Positions 1 to 9,615 of a stretch of 64,000 nucleotides of DNA are shown here, piece by piece. Position numbers and translations under genes: made by a program. The stretch's first letter is position 1. Each line of letters begins with the position of its first letter. Origin of the DNA: Candidatus Woesearchaeota archaeon (lineage in GTDB: Archaea > Nanobdellota > Nanobdellia > SCGC-AAA011-G17 > JACPNG01). Location: NCBI GenBank assembly GCA_017609525.1, contig JAFCDT010000002.1, positions 4,885 through 68,884 of the forward strand, written 5' to 3'. Under the pieces are notes generated by a model that saw only the letters and a list, made by a program, of their open reading frames with translations, did not search any database and had not been told where the DNA came from.

Positions 1-969
1 CTTTGTTAGAATTTCTTCAATTATTTGGTCAGTGGTTATATTCTCTGCTTGACCTTCATAAGAAAGAAGTATCCTATGGCGTAAGACACTTTTTGCAATA
101 TTCTTAATGTTTTGAGGAGTGACGTATGTTTTTCCATTTAGCAGTGCGTCAGCTTTGGAAGCAATAAATAAACTTATTGAGGCTCTTGGAGAGGCCCCAT
201 ATAGAATATATTTCCCAAATTTTAGTTTTTGACTTTCTCTCGTAGCGTTAACAATTCTTACAATATAGTCTTCCAATTCCTTACTAAGATAGATATCTTG
301 GGTTAGTTTTTGTAAATGGTTTATTAATGAAGGTGTTAATACTGGTTTAAGATCAAATTCATCAAAATCTTTTAAGGAAATGTTTTGATTTAGTATTTTT
401 TGTTCTTCTTTGGTAGAAGGGTAACCCATATAAAGTTTAAACAAGAACCTATCTATCTGTGCTTCTGGTAATGGATAAACCCCTTCAGATTCTATTGGGT
501 TCATTGTTGCCATTACAAAAAAAGGCGATTCAAGAGGGTATGTTTTTTTAGCTAAGGTGACCTGCCTTTCTTGCATTGCTTCTAATAAAGCAGATTGTGT
601 TTTTGGAGAGCTTCTGTTTATTTCGTCTGCTAAGATAAAATTAGAAAATATTGGACCTTTTTGGGTAGTAAAGCCTTTCTTTGGATCGTAGGTTGTAATT
701 CCAATTATGTCTGTAGGTAATAAATCAACTGTGAATTGTATTCTAGAAAAGGTGCATCCTGTTGTTTTTGCTAGTGTTTTAATTAGCAATGTTTTTGCTA
801 TTCCTGGAACTCCTTCAACCAACACGTGCCCCTTGCATAAGATGGTTCTAAGTAATCCATCGAGTACTTCTTCTTGTCCAACAATTACCTTAGATACTTC
901 TTGTTTTAGTTTTTTAAAAAGAAGATTATATTTTTTAACCTCTTTTTCTTTTAATTTTGTTTTGGGCAT
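1..969 (-). CDS. MoxR-like AAA+ ATPase (C-terminus runs off window edge)
   Basis: Reverse-strand translation from ATG (complement of 967-969) gives MPKTKLKEKEV...VGQEEVLDGLLRTILCKGHVLVEGVPGIAKT (Walker A) ...ILADEINRSSPKTQSALLEAMQERQVT... with RHRILLSYEGQAENITTDQIIEEIL at the edge. This is a typical MoxR family protein. It is absent from the ORF track because no stop falls inside the window. Confidence 0.8.
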   Translation of the reverse strand, partial: MPKTKLKEKEVKKYNLLFKKLKQEVSKVIVGQEEVLDGLLRTILCKGHVLVEGVPGIAKTLLIKTLAKTTGCTFSRIQFTVDLLPTDIIGITTYDPKKGFTTQKGPIFSNFILADEINRSSPKTQSALLEAMQERQVTLAKKTYPLESPFFVMATMNPIESEGVYPLPEAQIDRFLFKLYMGYPSTKEEQKILNQNISLKDFDEFDLKPVLTPSLINHLQKLTQDIYLSKELEDYIVRIVNATRESQKLKFGKYILYGASPRASISLFIASKADALLNGKTYVTPQNIKNIAKSVLRHRILLSYEGQAENITTDQIIEEILTK

Positions 970-1040
970 TATATCTATTTTAGATTAATTGTGTTTAAAT
1001 AATTTACGCATTACTTGAGGATGGTGTTTGTTTAATTAGG

Positions 1041-2261
1041 TTAGATTTTATTAAGATAATCAATATCTTGTTTTTCAAGTTCTAGTTGTTCTTGTAATTC
1101 TTTGCTGTTTTTTAATAAAATTTTCAGATAGGGCAATTCTTCTAGGTTTCTTTGTGTTGATAGTCTTGTTTGTGTGGCTAATTTATCTGCAATCAGATAT
1201 TTTCTTTTTGAAACCAGGGACCATAGCCTAAAGTTCTGTTTTGGGGACCTTCTTGTTTTTTTTAGGATTATTTTTTCTGGTTTTTTATCCTTTGCATTTG
1301 CAATGCCTGCAGAAAGCAAAGAACCAATGTAAACTAAGAATCTGTAATGTTGGGATTTCATTATTTGTCTTTGGAATACATCTACTTTAGATAGGATATC
1401 AAATGCCTGGCTTAGTTCATTTAGTTGATAATTTCTTGGAATATTTTCTTCTATCCAGTATATTAATGCATTATCATCTGAGAAAACTGCAGGAGACCTG
1501 TTTGTTTTTCCAAAGTCGATTAGATTGACTACTGATTTTTTATCTGAAATAGCTTCATAAGCGATGTTTATATCTTTTGTTTTGAAAATTTTCAGAAGTA
1601 CATTTTTTATTTCTTCTGTTTTTTCCCTTGTTCCTAGTTCCAGTATTGCTTCTTTTGTTATTTTTTTGTTAGATAAAACTTGCAAGTCTGTTATTGCTGC
1701 CCTTAGGTCCCCTGAGGAGTATCTTGCAAGATAATCCAATGCAGAAGGTTCGTAGTCTAACTTTTCTTTTTTGGCTATTTCCTCTAGTTTTTTTGCTATT
1801 GCTTCTCTAGTTAGTGGTTCAAATTCTAATATTTGGCAATATTTTTTTAATGGCTCAATTTTATCTGCATCAAAACTAGTTGTAGTTAAGATTATTGGAA
1901 AGCTTGTATTTTGAATCACTTCAATTATGGCTTTTACTGCGCCCCTATCTATTGCTGAAAGTCCTTCTAATTCATCAATTAGGATTACCTTTCCATTGTT
2001 AAATAATGATTTTTGTTGAGTAGATGTTCCTAAGAGGGAGAGTATCTTTTCTTTGTTCCTAAAATTGCTTGCATTTAGTTCATATAATTCGTAATTTAAT
2101 TCCTGGGCTAATGCATATATCGTAGAGGTTTTACCAATTCCTGTTGGACCATAGATTAAAAGTGCTGATTTTGAATTTAATACAAATTTTTTTAGTTTTT
2201 CAACTGGGTGTTGTATTACTTGGTTAAGTTTTGTTGGTTTATATTTTTCTGTCCATAACAT
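1041..2261 (-). CDS. rfcL: replication factor C large subunit
   Basis: MLWTEKYKPTKL...LLIYGPTGIGKTS (Walker A), DELEGLS, and AAA+ clamp-loader domain order. Last gene of the rfcS-hyp-rfcL operon. Confidence 0.85.
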   Translation of the reverse strand: MLWTEKYKPTKLNQVIQHPVEKLKKFVLNSKSALLIYGPTGIGKTSTIYALAQELNYELYELNASNFRNKEKILSLLGTSTQQKSLFNNGKVILIDELEGLSAIDRGAVKAIIEVIQNTSFPIILTTTSFDADKIEPLKKYCQILEFEPLTREAIAKKLEEIAKKEKLDYEPSALDYLARYSSGDLRAAITDLQVLSNKKITKEAILELGTREKTEEIKNVLLKIFKTKDINIAYEAISDKKSVVNLIDFGKTNRSPAVFSDDNALIYWIEENIPRNYQLNELSQAFDILSKVDVFQRQIMKSQHYRFLVYIGSLLSAGIANAKDKKPEKIILKKTRRSPKQNFRLWSLVSKRKYLIADKLATQTRLSTQRNLEELPYLKILLKNSKELQEQLELEKQDIDYLNKI

Positions 2262-2832
2262 TTTGGAAAAATCTAACTATATCTGTATTGAATTTAGGAT
2301 ATAATTTGTTCGCAACCGGCCAAACTTCATCTTCTTCATCTGAAAGAAGTTCTTTTTCTAAGACTTTTTTGAAATATGCTTTTCCATAAAGATTTTCAAC
2401 TACTTTTCTTTCTACTAAACATAAAGGGATGTGAACTTTAAAGAAAACATCTTTTTCTGGGTAGAGATTGTGTAATGCTTTTATTAGTATTCTGCTTTTT
2501 TTTATGTTTCTTACAAATAAGATATGAATTAATTCATGGAGGATTGTTAGTTTTGTTTCCTCTAGGTTTTGATTCATTTTAATTGTAAATGGGTGAGAAA
2601 GTGCTTCGTATTCCATATTTTTAACTACATAACATTTTTCGTCGTGTCCGAATCTGAGTTTTGAAACCTTTTCTATTTCTTTTATGATCTTTTTCTGATA
2701 TTTATCCCAGAACTCTTCTATTTCATCGATATAGAGCTTGACTTCTGTAATTTGTTCTTCATGGTAAGGCAGATTGCTCATTATAGTAAGCATTCTGTCA
2801 TATGGAGCAGAATATATGAAATTTATTTTCAT
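2239..2832 (-). CDS. hypothetical protein with HExxH (HELIH) motif inside the RFC operon; possible metallopeptidase-like fold
   Basis: 197-aa ORF overlapping the rfcS stop by 4 nt (ATGA) and the rfcL start by 23 nt. LTILHELIHILF contains HExxH. No other recognisable family. Confidence 0.45.
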   Translation of the reverse strand: MKINFIYSAPYDRMLTIMSNLPYHEEQITEVKLYIDEIEEFWDKYQKKIIKEIEKVSKLRFGHDEKCYVVKNMEYEALSHPFTIKMNQNLEETKLTILHELIHILFVRNIKKSRILIKALHNLYPEKDVFFKVHIPLCLVERKVVENLYGKAYFKKVLEKELLSDEEDEVWPVANKLYPKFNTDIVRFFQNVMDRKI

Positions 2833-3767
2833 TTTTTAACAAAATTTGCAAGGAGTGCTTCAAGTTGGATGAACTCGTCAGAACCTTCTACCATCCTAAA
2901 CTCTATTTCCCCACATTTATTTATTAAATCTATTTTTTTATTATCAGGAATGTCTAAATTCCATATTTCTTTTTGTATTTGTTTTATTATGTCTAAACCA
3001 GTTAAACTATGTTCAAGCATTGTTTTTAGTAATATTTTTCGTGCTGTTAGAAAATCTCCTTTAATTGCTAAGTTTAATACTTCTTTTACTTCTTTGGGTC
3101 GTGCTGCAGAAACAATTTCGTATGTTAAAGATTCTGTTATGTTTTTATTTATTGAGGCACAGCTTTGTAAAATATTTTCAACTCTTCTTAGGTCTCCATT
3201 TGAAAGTTCATGGAGAATTCCATAAACTTTTTTATCTATCTTTAGTTTTTCTTCTTTAGCTATTTTATCCATTACTTTTGTTACTTGTTCTAAGGTTAAT
3301 GGTTTAAATCTAAAGATTGCACATCTTGATTGGATTGGGTCTATTATTCTTGTTGAATAGTTACATGAAAGAATAAATCTAACTGAATTAGAATAAGTTT
3401 CCATTGTTCTTCTTAATGCTTGTTGTGCATCTTTTGTTAAAGCATCTGATTCATCTAAGAATATTATTTTGTGGGTGCTTGTACTTAATGATCTAGTTCT
3501 AGCAAAGTCTTTTACTTCGTTTCTAATTATATCTATCCCCCTTGAGTCTGAAGCATTAAGTTCAAGAAAGTTGTGTTTCCAAGTATCTCCAAATAGTTTT
3601 TTAGCTATTATCAATGCTAATGTAGACTTGCCCACCCCTGCTGGACCCGAAAATAACAAATGAGGAATGTTTTTTTGCTCAACAAAAGCCTTAATTCTCT
3701 TAGCTACATGCTCTTGTCCCACAAAATCTTCAAAATCTTCTGGTCTGTATTTTTCAATCCATAGCAT
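2829..3767 (-). CDS. rfcS: replication factor C small subunit
   Basis: MLWIEKYRPEDFEDFVGQEHV...LLFSGPAGVGKST, DESDALT, SRC motif (QSRCAIFRF). Confidence 0.9.
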   Translation of the reverse strand: MLWIEKYRPEDFEDFVGQEHVAKRIKAFVEQKNIPHLLFSGPAGVGKSTLALIIAKKLFGDTWKHNFLELNASDSRGIDIIRNEVKDFARTRSLSTSTHKIIFLDESDALTKDAQQALRRTMETYSNSVRFILSCNYSTRIIDPIQSRCAIFRFKPLTLEQVTKVMDKIAKEEKLKIDKKVYGILHELSNGDLRRVENILQSCASINKNITESLTYEIVSAARPKEVKEVLNLAIKGDFLTARKILLKTMLEHSLTGLDIIKQIQKEIWNLDIPDNKKIDLINKCGEIEFRMVEGSDEFIQLEALLANFVKK

Positions 3768-3959
3768 AAGAAGTTTGAGTTTAATATGATTAAATAGGTT
3801 TTATATTGTGGAGTATATACATCATAAAATATCAAGATTTTTTTCAAAAACTATATAAACATCCTCTAAATCAGTAAACCTATGGTTTTGACTATTGAAT
3901 ACAAAATTATTTCTATCATTATATAGTCATACCTATTTTATGTGGGTGATTCTCAATGG

Positions 3960-3998
3960 CAAAATATTTATATTATAAGTGGGGGTTAAGGATTTAAG
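3960..3998 (+). promoter_or_regulatory. putative archaeal TATA/BRE and short leader for ileS, in the divergent rfcS/ileS intergenic region
   Basis: TTTATATTATAAG lies about 25-30 nt upstream of the ATG at 3999, followed by a G-rich SD-like GTGGGGG. Confidence 0.3.
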
Positions 3999-6827
3999 AT
4001 GTATGATTTTAAAGCTGTAGAACCAAAGATTTTTGATTTTTGGAAAAAGAATAAGATTTTAGAAAAAGCAAAAGAAAAGAATAAAGATAAAAAAACATTC
4101 TATTTCTTAGATGGGCCACCATATACTTCTGGACGGGTCCATATTGGTACTGCCTGGAATCAATGTCTGAAAGACCAAGTATTAAGATACAAAAGAATGC
4201 GTGGGTTTGATGTGTGGGATCGTGGGGGATATGACATGCATGGATTGCCTACTGCCCATAAGGTTCAAGCAAAATATAACCTAAATTATAAAGAAGATAT
4301 AGAAAAGTTTGGTGTTGATAAATTTGTTAAAGAATGTAAAGATTTCTCTATAAGAATGATGAAACGGATGAATGAAGAATTTGATCAACTGGCTGTTTCT
4401 TTAGACCATAAAAATCCCTATATGACAATAAGTGATGAATATATTGAAGGAATCTGGTGGTTGGTTAAGAAGGCGGATGAAAACAAGAGACTGTATCTTG
4501 GTGAAAAATCTATGACTTGGTGTTATGATTGTGAAACTGCTTTGGCCAAACATGAGTTAGAGTATAAAGAAGTTGAAGAGGACTCTATCTTTGTTAAGTT
4601 TAAGGTTCAAGGTAAAAAAAACGAGTATCTAATTATTTGGACAACAACTCCTTGGACCATTCCTTTTAATTTAGGGGTTATGGTAAATCCGGAATTAGAT
4701 TATGTTAGAGCTAAGGTTGATGATGAAATCTGGATTTTAGCTAAAGGTCTGGCTGCGCCTGTTGTAAGAAGTGTCGCCAATAAGAATCTAAAAATTATTG
4801 AAGAATTTAAAGGAGAAAAATTAAAAGGATTAAAGTATGAACATCCGTTTTATAACATTCTAAAGCATAAATATGATGAATTAACAAAAGAGTCTGATAA
4901 AGTTTTTACTGTGGTGTTATCTAAAGAATATGTAAACTTAAGTGCGGGTACTGGTTTGGTTCATATGGCTCCTGGCTGTGGTCCAGAAGATTATGAAGTT
5001 GGAAAAGAAAATGGAATTCCTCCATTTAACAATTTAACCCAATCTGGATTTTATCCTGATGATATGGGGAAATTTTCTGGTTTGAATGCTAAAAAAGATA
5101 ATGAAAAATTTATAGAGGCATTGGAAGAAAATGGGATGCTAATTGCAACTACTAAAGTTAGCCATGATTATGCTCATTGTTGGAGATGCAAGAATCCTGT
5201 TATCTATAGACTAACAAAACAGTGGTTCTTTAGGGTTGAAGATTTAGTTCCTAAGATGTTAGAACAAAATAAAAAAGTTAAATGGATTCCTAAAGAAATA
5301 AGTGATAGATATGAATTGTGGATTAAAAATCTCAAAGATAATTCTATTACAAGGCAAAGGTATTGGGGAACTCCTATGCCTTTATGGAAATGTGAAAACT
5401 GTGAAGAATACACCGTTGTTGGGTCTATTAAGGAATTAAAAAAATTATCTGGTAAAACTCCTAAAGATTTACATATTCCTTGGATCGATAAGATAACAAT
5501 TCCTTGCAAGAAATGTAAAGGGATTATGAAAAGAATTCCTGATGTTGTTGATGTATGGATGGATTCTGCAACTGCATCTTGGACTTGTTTAGATTATCCT
5601 GTAAGAGAAGATTTATTCAAAAAGTATTGGCCTGCTGATTTTATTTTAGAAGCTTCTGAACAAGCGAGACTATGGTTTTATGTTTTACAAGTAGCTTCAA
5701 ATATTACCATGGGTAAGAATTGTTACAAGGCAGTATATTCTCATGGCATGTTAAGGGATATTGAAGGAGAGAAAATGAGCAAGAGTTTGGGAAATATCAT
5801 TTCTCCTAAAGAGGTTACTGATAAGTATGGGGTTGACACTTTTAGATTATATACCATAACTGCAAAAGCAGGAGTTGATTTGAATTTTTCATGGGAAGAG
5901 ATTAAACTAAGATATAGGAATTTGGATGTGTTATTGAATATTGCTAATTATTTGATTAATTATTGTGATAAAATTCCTGCAAATTTGCCTGAAAAATTAG
6001 AAAAAGAGGATAGATGGATTTTATCTAGGTTGAATTCTGTAATCAAGGAATCAACTGAATTGTTAGATAGTTATCAATTGGATGTTGCTCCCCAGTTGGT
6101 AGAGAGATTATTTTTAGATTTAAGTAGGGAGTATATTAAATATACAAGAGACAGGGTTGATGATAAAGGAATCTTTAGAGTGATTTATGATATTTTAATT
6201 GAGATTGTTAAGATGATTTCGATTACTTGTCCTTATATTGCAGAACATCTTTATTTAAAATTAAAAGAAAAGTATGGTTTGAAAGAAGAAAGTGTTTTCT
6301 TATTAGACTGGCCCAAAGCAAATGAGAAAATAATTGATAAGGAATTAGAAAATAATATGGAGTTTGTGAGAGAGGTGATTCAAAAAATATTTGCTGAAAG
6401 AGAAAAAGCTAGAGTTGGGGTAAGGTGGCCCTTACTTAGGGTAGAGGTTCCATGTAAAGAACCTAAAAAATATGAAGGATTTAAAGATATAATCAAAAAA
6501 CAGGTTAATGTTAAAGAGGTTTTATTTTCAGACAAAATTGAAGATGTAAATTTAGATATAACTATGACTCCTGAATTAGAGTTGGAGGGTTTTGCGAGAG
6601 AATTAATTAGGAGGATCCAAAGCTTGAGAAAAGCAGCTAAATTAAGGAAGAGTAATAAGATAAGCTTGTATGTAAAAGGAGATTATGATTTGACCAATAT
6701 GGCTGAAGAAATTATGGAAAAAGTAGGAGCAGATAGCCTAGAATTTGGTGAAACAGAAACCGAGTTCAAATTGAATGTAAAAATAAAAGAGAAAGAATTT
6801 TTTATTGGTTTTGACATTTTGAAGTGA
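3999..6827 (+). CDS. ileS: isoleucyl-tRNA synthetase
   Basis: Class I aaRS. HIGH-like HIGTAW, KMSKSLGN, IleRS-specific WCYDCETA and HCWRCKNPVIYR zinc/editing motifs, 942 aa. Confidence 0.8.
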   Translation: MYDFKAVEPKIFDFWKKNKILEKAKEKNKDKKTFYFLDGPPYTSGRVHIGTAWNQCLKDQVLRYKRMRGFDVWDRGGYDMHGLPTAHKVQAKYNLNYKEDIEKFGVDKFVKECKDFSIRMMKRMNEEFDQLAVSLDHKNPYMTISDEYIEGIWWLVKKADENKRLYLGEKSMTWCYDCETALAKHELEYKEVEEDSIFVKFKVQGKKNEYLIIWTTTPWTIPFNLGVMVNPELDYVRAKVDDEIWILAKGLAAPVVRSVANKNLKIIEEFKGEKLKGLKYEHPFYNILKHKYDELTKESDKVFTVVLSKEYVNLSAGTGLVHMAPGCGPEDYEVGKENGIPPFNNLTQSGFYPDDMGKFSGLNAKKDNEKFIEALEENGMLIATTKVSHDYAHCWRCKNPVIYRLTKQWFFRVEDLVPKMLEQNKKVKWIPKEISDRYELWIKNLKDNSITRQRYWGTPMPLWKCENCEEYTVVGSIKELKKLSGKTPKDLHIPWIDKITIPCKKCKGIMKRIPDVVDVWMDSATASWTCLDYPVREDLFKKYWPADFILEASEQARLWFYVLQVASNITMGKNCYKAVYSHGMLRDIEGEKMSKSLGNIISPKEVTDKYGVDTFRLYTITAKAGVDLNFSWEEIKLRYRNLDVLLNIANYLINYCDKIPANLPEKLEKEDRWILSRLNSVIKESTELLDSYQLDVAPQLVERLFLDLSREYIKYTRDRVDDKGIFRVIYDILIEIVKMISITCPYIAEHLYLKLKEKYGLKEESVFLLDWPKANEKIIDKELENNMEFVREVIQKIFAEREKARVGVRWPLLRVEVPCKEPKKYEGFKDIIKKQVNVKEVLFSDKIEDVNLDITMTPELELEGFARELIRRIQSLRKAAKLRKSNKISLYVKGDYDLTNMAEEIMEKVGADSLEFGETETEFKLNVKIKEKEFFIGFDILK

Positions 6828-6911
6828 TGGCTTTTTTTAAATAGCTTTAAATATTTTTCTATATCTTTATAAATACTATTTATAAATGAAAATTTAGGGG
6901 GGATCAAAATT

Positions 6912-7475
6912 TGTGCTAAAAAATCTTCATCTAAAAAAGAGGTTAAACTACAGAATATTGTTGCTACGACGTCCTTAGGAAGAGATATTCCTTTGATTAA
7001 ACTTGCTGAGGCTTTGCCTAATACAGAATACAATCCAGAACAGTTTCCTGGTCTGGTAATGAGAATTAGGGATCCAAAAACAAGTGCTTTAATCTTTAGT
7101 TCCGGTAATGTTGTTTGTACTGGGGCAAAGTCTATGAAAAAAGTAAAAGAGTCTATTAAAGCAATTATTGCAAATATAGCAAAAATTAAGATAAGGATAA
7201 AAGAAGAGGGCGTACTTAAGAAAATAAAAGTGCAAAATATGGTGGCTTCAGGCAATATTGGCATGGATCTTAATCTTAATTCCTTAGCAATTCAGCTTGA
7301 GAATACAGAATATGAGCCAGAGCAGTTTCCAGGATTGGTGTATAAATTGGCAGGGACTAGGGCTACTTTCTTGTTGTTTAGCAATGGAAAGATTGTTTGC
7401 ACTGGCACCAGATCTGAGAAGAAACTTCATGAAGCAATAGATCAACTTGTTATTAATTTAAAAAAACAGAAATAG
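6912..7475 (+). CDS. tbp: TATA-box binding protein (5' boundary unresolved; first canonical start is TTG at 6993)
   Basis: Two TBP repeats (NIVATTSLGRDIPLIKLAEALPNTEYNPEQFPGLVMR... and NMVASGNIGMDLNLNSLAIQLENTEYEPEQFPGLVYK...). The conserved first-repeat residues lie upstream of any in-frame ATG/GTG/TTG. Confidence 0.8.
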   Translation, partial: CAKKSSSKKEVKLQNIVATTSLGRDIPLIKLAEALPNTEYNPEQFPGLVMRIRDPKTSALIFSSGNVVCTGAKSMKKVKESIKAIIANIAKIKIRIKEEGVLKKIKVQNMVASGNIGMDLNLNSLAIQLENTEYEPEQFPGLVYKLAGTRATFLLFSNGKIVCTGTRSEKKLHEAIDQLVINLKKQK

Positions 7476-7539
7476 TTTTTTGATTTTATATTGTTTTGTA
7501 TATATAAGTTTATAACTTTGAAGGTTCTCTCTTTTAAAA

Positions 7540-9558
7540 ATGGTAGATGCTCATGAACAGATTGAAAAATTCCAGGATTTTATAGATAGTGAGTATAAAA
7601 AAGAACTAAATAAAATAATTAACAAAGGTCTAAGGTCTCTGGTTGTGGATTTCAACGATATAGCTGAGTTTGATCACGTGTTGGCAGAACAGTTGTTAGA
7701 AGAGCCAGAAGATTCTATCAGGGCTGCAGAAATTGCTTTAGATAATTTGGGATTGGGGGGAAAGAGTATAAAATTTAGAGTGAAAAATTTGCCCAAGGCT
7801 CAGATGACTTTAATAAGAAATATAAGAAGCAATCATTTAAACAAGTTAATCAGTTTTGAAGGCATTGTCAGGCAGAGTTCTGATGTAAGACCTCAGGTTA
7901 CTCAAGCAAGGTTTGAATGTCCCAGCTGCGGGGATATAATTACTATCCTTCAGGTGGATACTAGTTTTAAGGAACCAAGAAGGTGCAGTTGTGGTAGAAA
8001 GGGAAAATTCAGATTATTAAGTAAAGACCTTGTTGATGCTCAACGATTAGTTATAGAAGAATCTCCTGAGCTGTTAGAAGGCGGAGAACAACCTAAAAGA
8101 CTGTCTGTTTTTCTAAAAGAGGATTTGGTTGAACCTAAGATGGAAAGAAAAACTACACCAGGAAGCAAAATTAAAATCACTGGTATAATAAAAGAGATTC
8201 CTGTTTATCTTCGGACCGGAGCCCAATCCATAAGGTATGACCTGATTGCAGAGACAAATTATATAGAGCCTGTTCAAGAAACCTTAGAGGATATTGAAAT
8301 TAGTGAAGAAGATGAAGATGCAATAAAATCTTTAGCTAAAGATCCTAAAATATACGAGAAATTGGTTATGAGTGTTGCTCCTTCAATATGGGGGCATGAA
8401 AAAATAAAAGAAGCATTAATCTTGCAATTGATGGGTGGGGTTAGAAAAGTAAGAGATGATGGTACTAAGACACGGGGGGATATGCACATTTTATTAGTTG
8501 GAGATCCAGGTAGTGGAAAATCACAGTTACTTCAATTTATTTCTAAGGCAGCTCCAAGAGCAAGATTTGTTTCTGGTAAAGGTGCTTCGTCTGCTGGATT
8601 AACTGCTTCTGTGGTCAGAGATGAGTTTCTTAAAGGTTGGGCTTTAGAAGCTGGTGCACTTATTTTAGCTAACTCAGGAATATTGTGCATAGATGAGATG
8701 GACAAGATTCCTCAAGAAGATACTTCTGCATTGCATGAAGCATTAGAACAACAAACAGTTACCATAGCAAAAGCTAATATTCAGGCAGTTTTAAGAGCAG
8801 AAACTGCGGTTTTGGCTGCAGCTAACCCAAAGCTTGGCAGATTCGATCCTTATAAGCCAATTCCTGATCAAATCGATATGCCTCCTACTTTGATTAACAG
8901 GTTTGATCTAATTTTTCCAATTAGGGACTTACCTAATAAAGAAATAGATGAAAAAATTGCTAAGCACATTCTTAAAATACAAAAAGAACCAACGAAAGTT
9001 CAAAGCATCATACCTAGAGATTTGCTTAAGAAGTATATTGCGTATGTTAAACAAAAGGTCCATCCCAAGTTAACTGATGCAGCAATCGAAGAAATAAAAA
9101 ACTTTTATGTTGAATTAAGAAACCAGGGTTCTTTTGGAGACGATGCAATAAAACCAATTCCTATAACAGCTAGACAGCTAGAGGCTTTAGTAAGATTGGC
9201 TGAAGGAAATGCTAGGATTAGGTTGGGCAAGCAAATAACTAAAGCTGATGCAAGACGAGCCATTAATATTTTGAGATACTGTTTAGAAATAGTGGGCTTA
9301 GATCCAGAAACCGGAAAGATAGATATTGATAGAATTTCAACTGGAATAACTGCTTCACAAAGAAGTAAGATTGTTATTATTAGAGAGATAATTTATGACT
9401 TGGAAGAAAGCATTGGCAAATCGATTCCTTTGGAAGAAATAATCAACAATGCTGCAGAAAAGGGAATACAACAAGAACAGGTTGAAGAAGTTATTGAAAG
9501 ATTAAAAAGGGAGGGAGAAGTTTTTGAGCCGCGAAGAGGATTTGTTAGCAGAATATGA
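7540..9558 (+). CDS. mcm: MCM replicative helicase
   Basis: C4 zinc finger CPSCGD...CSCG, Walker A GDPGSGKSQ, IDEMDKI (Walker B), arginine finger region SALHEALEQQTVTIAKA, C-terminal wH. No intein. Confidence 0.9.
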   Translation: MVDAHEQIEKFQDFIDSEYKKELNKIINKGLRSLVVDFNDIAEFDHVLAEQLLEEPEDSIRAAEIALDNLGLGGKSIKFRVKNLPKAQMTLIRNIRSNHLNKLISFEGIVRQSSDVRPQVTQARFECPSCGDIITILQVDTSFKEPRRCSCGRKGKFRLLSKDLVDAQRLVIEESPELLEGGEQPKRLSVFLKEDLVEPKMERKTTPGSKIKITGIIKEIPVYLRTGAQSIRYDLIAETNYIEPVQETLEDIEISEEDEDAIKSLAKDPKIYEKLVMSVAPSIWGHEKIKEALILQLMGGVRKVRDDGTKTRGDMHILLVGDPGSGKSQLLQFISKAAPRARFVSGKGASSAGLTASVVRDEFLKGWALEAGALILANSGILCIDEMDKIPQEDTSALHEALEQQTVTIAKANIQAVLRAETAVLAAANPKLGRFDPYKPIPDQIDMPPTLINRFDLIFPIRDLPNKEIDEKIAKHILKIQKEPTKVQSIIPRDLLKKYIAYVKQKVHPKLTDAAIEEIKNFYVELRNQGSFGDDAIKPIPITARQLEALVRLAEGNARIRLGKQITKADARRAINILRYCLEIVGLDPETGKIDIDRISTGITASQRSKIVIIREIIYDLEESIGKSIPLEEIINNAAEKGIQQEQVEEVIERLKREGEVFEPRRGFVSRI

Positions 9559-9615
9559 AAAATTTACGAATTAATCAATATTATTTTTATTAAAATGGAG
9601 ATTTTAATAAGATAG

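Noticed and set aside
707-988. 93-aa plus-strand ORF
   Set aside because: Lies entirely antisense within the MoxR ATPase gene, whose minus-strand translation has unmistakable AAA+ motifs. Shadow ORF.
2752-3663. Plus-strand ORFs 2752-3225, 3065-3259, 3469-3663
   Set aside because: Antisense to rfcS and the HExxH gene. Hydrophobic low-complexity translations typical of AT-rich shadow frames.
5204-5509. 101-aa minus-strand ORF
   Set aside because: Inside ileS on the opposite strand. No motifs.
6683-7264. 193-aa minus-strand ORF spanning the ileS end, intergenic region and tbp
   Set aside because: Overlaps two well-supported genes on the other strand. Its translation is low-complexity Ile/Phe/Ser.
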